From: Lytechinus pictus
Taxonomy: Eukaryota
Assembly: GCF_037042905.1 (NCBI RefSeq)
Contig: NC_087250.1
Span: 19,966,001 to 20,030,000 of the forward strand
DNA: 64,000 bases
Direction: 5' to 3'
Shown here: one piece after another, positions 53,445-64,000 of the stretch
Layout of the letters: each line of letters opens with the position of its first letter
How positions within the stretch are numbered: position 1 is the stretch's first letter
The notes under the pieces: model-generated
Databases searched by the model: none
What the model was told of the DNA's origin: nothing
What the model saw: only the letters and a program-made list of their open reading frames with translations
Made by a program: the position numbers and the translations under genes

Positions 53445-53835
53445 ATTTCATGAATCATCTTATTGATTTTCACTTGACTAATTTGCTCTGAGCCAATCAG
53501 ATTCTAGGATTTTGGTAGCTTATAACAGTTGTCATTTAAAATCACTGATTGTGAAATATGCCCCTGTTCCCTCTCCAAGGGAGTGTTTCTTTAAGCATCT
53601 TGTCAGTAATTTTCACTGACTAGTTTGCTCTGAGCCAATCAAATTCTAGGATTTTGGTAGCTTATAACAGTTGTCATTTCAAATCACTGATTGTGAAATA
53701 CTCCCCTGTTCAATAGGGATTGTTTCATAAAGCATCTTATTGGTGACTTTCACCGACTTATTTGCTCTGAGCCGATCAGATGCAAGTATTTCAGGAGCTT
53801 ATAACCATTCTCAGTAAAAATCACTGACTCTTTGT
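53445..53835. repeat. Three tandem units (about 140 bp) of an agccaatcag-containing MITE
   Basis: gccaatc-type core at about 53492, 53634 and 53771, with shared flanks. Confidence 0.65.
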
Positions 53836-55899
53836 CTTATTAAATATTCTCCTTGTTATTTTAATAATCATCAATTTTATACAGGAAAATTACAAGTGGA
53901 GATTATAAAGTGCTTTATAGATTGGCAAAGTGAAAGGAATACCAAAATTATGTATTTCCGTTAAAATTTGCATTTATTTTATTCATTAAAAGACGATTGC
54001 TGGTATATATCAATTGCTTTTAATATTGTAGTACAGATGAATTATGTAAAGGAAATCATTGAAATTTGTAGTGTTGCCAATTTGAATACTTGTAAGCTGG
54101 TCAAATGTTAGGCTCGGAATGATGAATACATGTATTCCTGAATGATCAAAATTCTGATTCATTGCATAAAATGCAATTTTTTGCCTACCGCCCCCCTCCC
54201 CCGCTTCCACCTTTGCCCCACCGCCCCTGTCATTCATGATGACTGTGCAGAAAACAACTAACATACATATGAGCAAGTCTAATTAAGTTTTACCTACTAG
54301 CAACCCATGTAGAAGCAATACAGACATATCTGCTTGAACACAGGAGGGCGCTGTAGATTTTAAAATTTGAATAATTAATTAGTGTGCAACTTTTGACACT
54401 GACGAGTTATGAAATAATGTTCAGTGATTTTTTTTCTAAAATGTGACAAAAAATCAGGTAGATACAAGAGTTGAGGCACGAAAATGAAAAAGGAGGCACA
54501 TATTTGATGTATGGCCCGCGGTCTATATGTAAATACAGACATTGAAGTAATGAGAATTGATCAAATATTAATAAAGAGATGAGTATTAAAGACACAAAGT
54601 AATCCAAAGCAGTAGAAAAGGGCACAGATAAAACAAAGTTAAGATGTGATTTGAGAGACTTGCAAAAGATATACAGTTTATCTCAAAAGAATGTGAAAAA
54701 AATATATAAATAGGTGTTAAGGGGGGGGGGGGCATGGTAGAGAAAATGCTGAAAAAAAGAGAGATATAGCGCTCTGATGTGAAAGGAGATAGGGAGGATG
54801 AATAGAAGACACAGAAATATGAAAGAAATATTCGAAAAATTCAACAAATGAAAAGTAGATCAGGGCCCCGTCTTACAAAGAGTTTCACATCTAAAATACA
54901 TGTTTGTCAAAAACATTTTTCAGAAATGATGTATATTCATACATTCTCTGTTTTCTTGACAATTCAGTAAGTTTCTCTCTGTTTTCAAAGGACATTGAGA
55001 AAAAATGATGACATCTATGGATTTCCATATACTTGAGACTGATCGAATCAATCACAACTCTTTGTATGATGGGGCCCAGATCAGTGTATGCCCTTTTGAA
55101 AATGCATTTTTGCCTGAGGGTGCATTGAATGTCATTTCCTTTGTTGAAAATCATGCAGTACAATTCACCATTTGCAGTAAATTATGGTGTTATCCAGTAC
55201 TTGTGTGTGTGTGTGTGTTTGTGAGTATGTATGTTATACACTGTAAGACATGAGGAAATGCATAAATACCTGTATAATGATAATAACGAGATAAATTTAC
55301 GTATAGTTTTGAAAAAAAAAGCACATTATACATGTGGGGGAAAATAATGCATGGCATAGATACTCTTATTTCTAGTTTTTAGTTTGATACATATACCAGT
55401 CTTCTTTGAAATAAACACCAAAAAGGTATTTTTGCCATTTCCAGAGGAAAAATACATGTTACCGATTTTCAGTTTGTAGGCAAACATTATATTCTGTTTT
55501 GTAAACAGTATTGAGAATACTACAAATGTCGAAGAAGTGGACATTTTTAAAAACAAATTATGATGTGGATGTGGATCATGGGCGTCAGCGCAGAGGATTA
55601 TCTTTTTTTTGGGGGGGGGGAGGGGATGCGACAATAGATGCTCCCCCCCCATGAGCAAAGGAAAAATCCTCTGCGCTGATGCCCAAGATGTCGATTATAT
55701 TGATTTATGAAATTAATGTGACTTGTGATTCCAATTATAAATGATCTGCCATTGTGTCTCTTCATTTTCAATCAAACTGGCATGGTATATCCAAACCGCC
55801 ATGGTATATCCAAACCTCTATAAAAAATTGTTTTCTATCATGTTTAAGTTCTTCCCTCCCACTACTTAACAATTGATATCTTTTTATCGTTTGTAATAG

Positions 55900-56052
55900 T
55901 TTAAAGAGATCAACCGCGCACACAAAGTACTAAACGACGAGAAGAAAAGACAGATTTACGACGAGTACGGCTCGTTTGGAATCTACATCGCAGAACAAAT
56001 TGGCGAGGACAACGTTGATCTCTACTTCCTAGTCAATTCTAAATGCTTTAGG
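55900..56052 (+). CDS. DNAJC5: DNAJC5 coding exon 4 (end of J-domain and linker)
   Basis: tttgtaatAG acceptor; [51 protein letters not shown]; donor gtaagt. Confidence 0.95.
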
Positions 56053-56088
56053 GTAAGTATGGTTTTAAAACTTTAAAGATCATATTAA

Positions 56089-57274
56089 AGGGGAATCCAA
56101 CCCATATAAAAACTTGTTTTTATAAGAAATAGAAGAATCAGACAAGTTGATAGGTGAAAGTTTGAACAATATTGGACAAACAACAAGAAAGTTATGAATT
56201 TTTAAAAGTTGTAAATATTGGTAATCACTATACTCATGGAGACTTCAAATTGGCCGCATATGGAATGTCATAGTGATGTAAGGCAAGGACTACTCTTCCA
56301 TGTACTCCAATACATATTATGGCTAAAATGTCATTTTTCCCCAAAATTTTATTTCAAATTATATTTTTCATTCATGAGGACATTAAAGGGATGGTCCAGG
56401 CTGAAAATATTTATATCTTTATATTTATACATAGAGTAGAATTCACTGAGCAAAATGCAGAAAATTTCATCAAAATCGGATAACAAATTATAAAGTTATT
56501 GAAGTTTAAAGTTTAGCAATATTTGGTGAAAACAGTCATCATGAATATTCATTAGGTGGGCTGATGATGTCACATCTCCACTTTCAGTTTCCTTATGTTA
56601 TTACATAAAATCATAATTTTTTCATTATTTCATACTTGTGTGAATAATATGTCTCCCTTATAATGAAATAAGTTGCAGCAATAAATATCTAATGCACTAA
56701 ATCAGTTGTCAATCCAATTTTTCTAGTTCTTGGAGGAAAAAATTTGAATAAACCTAATTTCATATAATAAAATACAAAAGAACAAGTGGAGATGTGACAT
56801 CATCAGCCCACCTAATGAATATTCATGACGACTGTTTTCACAAAATATTGCTAAATTTTATATTCAATAACTTTGTTATTTGTTATCCGATTTTGATGAA
56901 AATTTAGGCATTTTGCTCAGTGAATTCTACTCTATTTATTAAGCTGTACATAATTTCAGCCCGGACCATCCCTTTAAACAATATACTACCTGGATTATAT
57001 TTAGATTACTGCCCCAGGGGAATGGGTACTTCGGAGAAAACCACAAATCCCTGATAATAAAGTACATGGCCTATGGGAAAGTTGTCCTTGCCCCTTGTCA
57101 TAATTTACTTACCCAGTTGCCAATTTGAAATCTACATACTATTAGTGATCTTAATTTTAAAGCAGCTATCACTTTCTTATTGCTTGTCCGATTTCTTTCA
57201 AACTTTCACCATTCTGTTTAATTTATTTTTCTCCTTCCCAACACAACATTTTACTGCCAAAGTTGGATTCCCCT
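56089..57274 (+). mobile_element. Kolobok-like element containing a second TTAA element (56387-56973)
   Basis: Outer TIR aggggaatccaac / gttggattcccct; inner TTAA|agggatggtcc...ggaccatccct|TTAA; the copy at 4316-4856 lacks the insert. Confidence 0.8.
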
Positions 57275-57454
57275 TGAACAATATTTGCATCATGGATGGG
57301 CAATATCCCTTTGTGATTTTAGTCTTTTGAAAGGAAGTTTGAGGAAACTAACGATGAATTTGTGCATTTAAAAAAAATGTGTCATCATCTTTCATTACCA
57401 TGAGAGGGTTGCTGATGTGGTTTACGGTACACCATGTGAAGTGTTATAGAAACA

Positions 57455-57695
57455 GTGGATAGAAGAAGAGAAGAAATGGATAGGCGAGAAAGTGGAGATT
57501 TGAGAGTAGAGTATTCTTTCTTGAAAGTAGTCCTGAAAAGGACTGTAAACCATAAAAGATTGATGAGTTGAGAACAGCTTGAGTAGTGGAGCTAGTGAGG
57601 AGATGCTGGCTTGAGTCGGCGAGTAGAGATGATGAGTAGTAGAGAGACTCGACGTTTCGGGCAGGTTGACTGTCCGTCTTCATGAGAGGGTTGTG
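57455..57695 (-). mobile_element. Possible Penelope-like element terminal remnant with degenerate hammerhead motif
   Basis: Minus strand ctc-atgaaga-c-ggacag-tcaac-ctgccc-gaaac-gtc-gag, followed by a CT-rich tract. Confidence 0.45.
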
Positions 57696-57732
57696 GGTCA
57701 AGCATTTTTCCCAAACCTTTCAAGACAATACA

Positions 57733-58682
57733 GAATCAGTCAATTATGTGCCACATTCATGTATTCAGTAGCTTAAAACCCTTTTATTATTTTTCTTTCC
57801 TCAGGTAACGAGTGTTATCTGTTACTTCTTTACATGTTGTTTCAGTTTCTGAGAATCAGCCAATCATTTGCCAGGAATTCTGTAGCTTTTAACAATTCTT
57901 TTCTTTTCTCTCCTCAGGTAACGAGAGTAATCTGTCCCTTCTATACATGTTATTGTTTCTGTTTCAGCTTCTGTCGAGGATGAAATTGAGTGGAAGATGT
58001 TGATGAAGACTTTCTTCTGTAGTTATTAATCCACTGCTCGGTATCAACTAATCATTTGTCAGGAATTCAATAGCTTATAACAATTCTTTTCTTTTCTCTC
58101 CTCAGATAACGAGTGTGATCTGTTTCTTCTGTACATGTTATTGTTTCTGCTTCTGTTTAAGTTTTTCAGAATCAGCCAATCATATGCCAGGAATTCAGTA
58201 GCTCATAACAATTCTTTTCTTTTCTCTCCTCAGATAACGAGTGTGATCTGTTTCTTCTGTACATGTTATTGTTTCTGCTTCTGTTTAAGTTTTTCAGAAT
58301 CAGCCAATCATATGCCAGGAACTCAGTAGCTTATAACAATTCTTTTCTTTTCTCTCAGATAACGAGTGTGATCTGTTTCTTCTGTACGTGTTATTGTTTC
58401 TGCTTCTGTTGCTGTTTCAGTTTCTCAGAATCAGCCAATCATATGCCAGGAATTCAGTAGCTTATATCAATTCTTTTCTTTTCTCTCCTCAGGAAACGAG
58501 TGTGATCTGTTTCTTCTGTACATGTTATTGTTTCTGCTTCAGCTGCTGTCGAGGATAAAATTGAGTGGAAGATGATGATGAAGAAGACTTTTTCTGTAGT
58601 TATTTATCCACTGTTCTGAATCAACCAATCATTTGCCAGGAATTCAGTAGCTTATTACAATTCTTTTCTTTTCTCTCCTCAG
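57733..58682 (+). repeat. Tandem array of six truncated copies of the DNAJC5 exon-5 acceptor plus 5' exon sequence
   Basis: Pyrimidine tract plus ctcAG followed by (g/a)taacgagtgtgatctgtttcttctgtac-like sequence; pseudo-exon starts at 57805, 57918, 58106, 58234, 58359 and 58493. Confidence 0.92.
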
Positions 58683-58817
58683 ATAACGAGTGTGATCTGT
58701 TTCTTCTGTACGTGTTATTGTTTCTGCTTCTGTTGCTGTCTGTGCTGCTTTGGATGCTGTGGACGGTGTAAACGAGGGGAGGATGAAGATGAAGACTTTG
58801 AGATCGTCATACCGGAG
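58683..58817 (+). CDS. DNAJC5: DNAJC5 coding exon 5 (cysteine string)
   Basis: ITSVICFFCTCYCFCFCCCLCCFGCCGRCKRGEDEDEDFEIVIPE, 13 Cys; the only copy with an open frame and a donor (gttagt). Confidence 0.93.
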
Positions 58818-59233
58818 GTTAGTTTACAAATAATGCACATTATTGAGGGCGTTAGTAAGAAATATCTCATTAGATACGTATGCAAGGGCCGCAGAACTTT
58901 AGCGTAGGCGATCCAGGGGTGGGTGGTTGGGCAATCCGTCAGTCCATTGAAAAGTCTTGCGGATCACATTATTTCCTCGGTTTCCACCCAGTGCTGACAT
59001 TCATTGGTCTTTGAGTGAAGACATAGAAGACAGTTTGGATGTGTCACGTAATGGCGTGGAGCGTCTTGGCCCAGTGGATTAGTCTCTGGACTTTGAAACA
59101 GAGGGTCGTGGGTTCAAATCCCAGCCATGACCTAATTTCCTTCAGCAAGGAATTCATCCACAGTGCTGCACTCGACCCAGGTGAGGTGAATGGGTACCAG
59201 GTAGGAATAAATTCCTCAAAAAGCTTTGTGCAC

Positions 59234-60317
59234 CAGTCAGTCTGCAGGTCCCAAGAAAGTGGCTTCTTTCATCCAAGTGATATTCATGACTTGAGATGTT
59301 TTGCATATTTAATGAGCTTGATGCGGACCAAAACACCTCTTTTCATTCGGCCATTGCTGCTCTAATTGTGCATCGAATTTCATGAATTTGGTACCACTGT
59401 AAAGAAGAAGAATCATTCTTTCAGGTCATGTGTTTGAATTTATTCAAAGATTTTGTAATATAGGTTAAAATTTTGATCTAAAATATGCTACAAAATAAAT
59501 ATTTTCACCTGACAAAAGCTGCTATTTTCACACTTTATTTTTGTTTGAGCCCAAATGATTTTTATATCATGATAAAGCTGAATATGTATGCTTTGATATG
59601 ATATAGGTTTCAAAATAAGAATTGGTTTAATCGGGTCAAGATCACACTTTTCATTTGCCAAGTACATAAAACAGTTTGAAAACAAGAATACTGCACTCTG
59701 ATTGGTCAAAGAGACCACACAATGGCAAATTCCAACGGTCCCAGTGCCTGGGTTCGTGGGAAGATCACACTTCCCATGTGGTAATCTCCTCAAATACCCC
59801 GCGCCTGTTGTTCTGTGAACCTTATCCAGCCAATCAGAACTCTGGATTTCTTGCAAGTACAAAATTTCAGAAATCTCGTCTTGTACCTTGGTGGGAAAAG
59901 TGTGATCTTGACCCGATTAAAAGGTGCCGCATATCAAGAGTGGCATTGTGAGAAAGTACAGAGGTTCAGCTTTATGGTGATATAGATATCATTGAGGCTC
60001 AAAATAAAAAGTTTTGCACAATTTACAAAAGAAAACAGAGGAAGAAAATTCAGTTTTGAGGCACATTTTCAGGCCAGAAATTTACTTGTTTAACAAAATA
60101 TTGTATCCAAAATAAATGACCAATATGAAAGAGTAACTTTTACTCTACCTGATGGTGCAATAATTTTTCATTTAACTTGAGGTTAAAACAGGTAAATTCT
60201 TATAGAAAGAAAATCTCACGAATCACGAGATTTTGCAAGGAGGAGGATTCAGCCACGAGATGATTTGGATGAATCTGGCCTTTTTGCTCATTAGCATAGG
60301 GACCTGCGGTCTGACTG
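59234..60317 (+). mobile_element. Academ-like non-autonomous element
   Basis: TIR cagtcagtctgcaggtccc / gggacctgcggtctgactg; 3-bp TSD cac. Confidence 0.75.
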
Positions 60318-60323
60318 CACCTT

Positions 60324-60487
60324 GTGGGTGTTTCATAAAGCTGTTCGTAAGTTATTAAAGAAAGACTGGTGAAGCTTTCTTACGCGCTTAAATCATCGCC
60401 AATGAATATACCATTTACCACAAGAAAGGATCACCAGTCGTTCTTAAAGTCGCTCTTAACTTACAAACAGCTTTATGAAACACCCAC
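60324..60487. mobile_element. Short Harbinger-like MITE
   Basis: TIR gtgggtgtttcataaagctgtt / aacagctttatgaaacacccac. Confidence 0.75.
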
Positions 60488-60737
60488 CAGAATAGGTAGC
60501 CTAGCTTAGCCAGGTAATAGTAATAGCAGGACCTGCTGGGAGAACAGTTTTCGGAACTGAAGTGGCTACCCTGGGTAAATATACTGTTATTATTATTATG
60601 CATTGTTATTGTAACAGAAAAATATATGTTTTTCACATGCGGTTGCAGAAAGGAAAGTGTATTATAAGCAGCTTCAGTGATATTTCTATTACTCCAACTT
60701 GGTTGTTACGTTTTCATGTCTCTGTTGCCTTCCGCAG

Positions 60738-60932
60738 GATGAGGACGAGGAAGAAATAGACGCAGACGGCAACACGCCCATCACCAGTCAGCCAAAAGCA
60801 TCGCCAGACGAGGGCGCTTCAAACCAGAACGTCGCCATACCCATGCCAGCACCTGAGAAGTCTCCCGAGAAAGAGCCCACCGAAACGACGGTTCTAAATG
60901 CGGGCGACAAAACCAAGTATACGGAAGGATAA
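60738..60932 (+). CDS. DNAJC5: DNAJC5 final coding exon
   Basis: ttgccttccgcAG acceptor; DEDEEEIDADGNTPITSQP...PTETTVLNAGDKTKYTEG-stop, compared with human TPIVIQP...ATETTQL. Confidence 0.9.
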   Translation, partial: DEDEEEIDADGNTPITSQPKASPDEGASNQNVAIPMPAPEKSPEKEPTETTVLNAGDKTKYTEG

Positions 60933-63900
60933 CACCCGAGGGCGCTATAACATATTTTCCTTTTTGTATTTAATCGATTCAGTGAATCAAAGGGGAAGGT
61001 CAATCCTGTAAGAGTTGGTGAGAATAAAGTGGCAAATTTAGAGAAAGAGCTTTGTGAGTGGTTGAGGAAAATTATAAGAAATACTAACAATATGCAGATA
61101 TGACTCAAATAGGAGTTTTGAAGCCACAATGCTGTATTTCAGCTTTAACTTACTATACTCACTCGATATCAGGTATTGGTTTCCCCTTGTCTCGGCATAT
61201 TAAACTGTACTAGGTATTATGTCTATTTGGTATCTTTTTAATCTTTATTCATCGTTGTCACAAGTTTTATTTAATTTATAATATAAGTATACGTGACAGG
61301 TAATCATGATTATTTGTTTGGTATTATAGAATTGTATTAGACGCTGATAGCGTATCCCTTTTTCTGGGCTGCGTTTCATAAAGATTTGTTACAAAATCAA
61401 ATCCACAATTTCTGCAACAAATTTACTATCAGCCAATCAGATTGAAGGATCTCGGTAGCTTTTAACTGTTATTGGAAATGTGTTATTGTAAACAAATTTT
61501 ATGAGACAGGCCCCAGACCCCTAATCTCCTCTTTTCAACCTTGTGTTGCAGTTATTTATGATGGGTTTATTTACGTGCATCTCTTTATGCCCCTTTGAAA
61601 CAAATCTCGTTTTCCCCACCCCCCCCCCCTTTGAAACAAATCCCGTTCCCCCCCCCCACATTTGAGCATACATGTACATTCGTAAGGAAAAGCTGTCCCT
61701 AAATGTATTGATCATGTACATGTAGTAACTTGAGACTCGTATGCCCCTTTTTTTTAAGTAGTGTGATTTGACCATGTTCGTGTTTTAACGATATGTTTGG
61801 TGAAAACTATTCATAGGAATTTATGTTTCTTAATTTTGAAAATTTATTGGACTTCAACGGGACATGTGATGAAGCGGTCCGTTTTACATTAGATTTAGAA
61901 AAACAATTTTATTTTTTATCATTTCAATCTATTAAGCTACTTAAGTCTCTTAGCCTAGAATTTATAGTTTGGAAAAAAAGGACAGTAGAAGCAAATATGT
62001 CTTGATGTGTCTTTTGTGAATTCTGGGGCGTGTTTCATGAACTGTCATATCGGTGATTTTCAGTGGCAATTCTGCTCTTATCCAATCACATGCAAGGATT
62101 GTTGAGAGTTGTCAGAGAAAATCCTGGGCCCCAACTTACACAGAGTTACGATTGATCCGATCAATCGCAACTGTGGATGGCCAGCAACATCAACATCTTG
62201 AATGCAAATTTGTTTGAAATATTTTCTAGATTTGATGTATATTCATACATTCATCGCTGTCTTGAAGATTTAGTGTGATTCTCTTTGCTTACCGAGGAGA
62301 TTGTGCAAATTTCCTGTAGAAAATATTATGGTATGGATGGATTTCCATAGTGTTAAGATTGATTGGATCAATCGTAACTCTTTGTAAGACGGGGCCCTGG
62401 ACTGTATTAGGTTCATGAGTCGTGGCACACCTTTCGTTTCAATTAATATACATTCCTTGTGCACAAAAATTCATGTCTTTTTTTATACACCAGACAATGC
62501 AATTTTTCTATGGAAGCCTGTTGACTTTCATTTTAGGGTTGTTAATTCGAAGTGATCACTGTTTGTGTATATATATCAAATATTTACAGTTATTCCCTAG
62601 CAGTGTCACTCCTGCCTCTGCTTTAGATATCATTTAAATCGTAGAGTCATTGGCCCCTGTTTAACAAGGAGTTGCAATTGGTCCATTCTATCTCAAGTAT
62701 GGAATGCCAGTAGCACCATCATCTAGAATTTATCAACTTCATTCAATATAACTAACTTGGGATTTAGCAGGCCAACGCTTTTTTTTTTGGGGGGGGGCAG
62801 GGGGGGGGGGGGAGCGGGCGCGGGCTACTTTTCACAAGCTACTGCCTAAATCTCCAACACTGGATAAGCTTTAACTTTGCAGTAAATAGGGATTTCCCCA
62901 GGGCTTTTTAGAGCACTTTGTGGTTCTAAATCAACATTGGCCCTATATAATTTTCCCCAACGGTTTAGGTTGCAAAGACTGATGTTCGATAAGATGTTCA
63001 ATTCTTTTGGATTAGAATGTGAGTCATGTTGTCCATCTTTTATTTCAAAATTCTTTTGACCCCCCTTCCCTCCCCAAATCAGTATTCATGATGATGTTAA
63101 TGTATATTAATAAGTCGTTTGGTTTTAACTGTATCTTTTGTCCAGCATTTTTCTATAGAGTTAGCTAAATTTAAATATCATTTAGCACTTCACATGTTCC
63201 CACTGGCCTCTTTCAGACTTGTTATATTTTTTCGTACAGGTTACCAAGCTCAGTATAATTATATTCACATATAAATCCAGGCCACCGATCATATGTGACG
63301 TGATATAGTTGTTGGAGTTCTAGGTAAAAGAATTCAGTTGCATTGCAGTAAATATTTATGTCACGACTGAGAAAGTCTATAAAAATCAAGGTTAACTGTC
63401 ACCGTATTATCATAGATCTAGGTTGGGTGTATTAATATCAACTTAACTTTGGGAAATCATATTAGCTGGAAACCAATAACTCTGAAGATTACTCACACAG
63501 AAAAGCACATGTGGGACAGTGTATTAATATTACTAGGAAGATACCCGGCATTCGCTTTTCAAATGCTGTTCAAGAATTATGAAAAGGATATAACTTATGT
63601 ACTTTATGATCAAGATTTTAACTGCCTCTAAAAAACTTTGTGTACATGTCCACTGCATATTGTTTATAGCTATTGTAGATCTTCGTACAGGCATAAATTG
63701 AGGTAGACATTCTTGGTACAGCATAGAATATTTGTACTATTTTAATTGTATGAATAGATTATTGTGAACACTATTATGGTTTTCATTATGATATTAGATG
63801 TTCTGTGTATATTTTGTTTTTACTCAAATTGTATTGTGCTCTCATTTATCTCTTTTGTATTCTATGTCTTTAAATTTATCTTTATTCCTCTGTCACGTTC

Positions 63901-64000
63901 ACACATATCATATTAAACCTTTATTTTTAGAACGTAAATAATGGACCACAAAATAACATGGGAACTGCCATGTGACTGATGCTAAAAGTGAGATATTTGG

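Larger units (their letters stand above)
59058..60599 (+). mobile_element. tRNA(Gln)-like SINE split by two DNA-transposon insertions
   Basis: Head tggcccagtggattag...ctttgaa...ggttcaaatccc; central gcactcgacccaggtg...aatgggtac; tail resumes at 60488 and ends in (TAT)n. Confidence 0.7.

Noticed and set aside
57805..58682. Array read as mutually exclusive cassette exons (Dscam-like)
   Set aside because: None of the six copies has a downstream donor before its in-frame stop, so they cannot act as interchangeable internal exons.

Overview
AT-rich, repeat-dense animal genomic DNA; gene content and repeat types suggest an invertebrate deuterostome, probably a sea urchin (inference). I assembled two spliced + strand genes by hand, all introns GT-AG with consistent phases. 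(1) A LIX1/LIX1L (Drosophila lowfat-family) gene: 4 coding exons, 7249-18428, 306 aa. (2) A cysteine string protein / DNAJC5 gene: 6 coding exons, 35234-60932, 219 aa, with an HPD J-domain and a 13-Cys string. Much of the remainder is non-autonomous transposons, often nested up to four deep: Helentron/DINE-1-type elements (one as a head-to-tail tandem carrying a Pol III-like cassette), TTAA Kolobok- and piggyBac-like elements, Academ-like, hAT-like and Harbinger-like MITEs, a 6-bp-TSD family, tRNA-derived SINEs and a Penelope-like remnant with a degenerate hammerhead. No transposase ORF was recognised, so superfamily calls rest on termini and TSDs only. The most unusual feature is six tandem truncated copies of the DNAJC5 cysteine-string exon's splice acceptor plus 5' coding part, lying directly upstream of the real exon. 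Each copy ends in an in-frame stop, and the first two form AG|GT recursive-splice-like junctions. No CRISPR array, rRNA or intact tRNA gene was seen.
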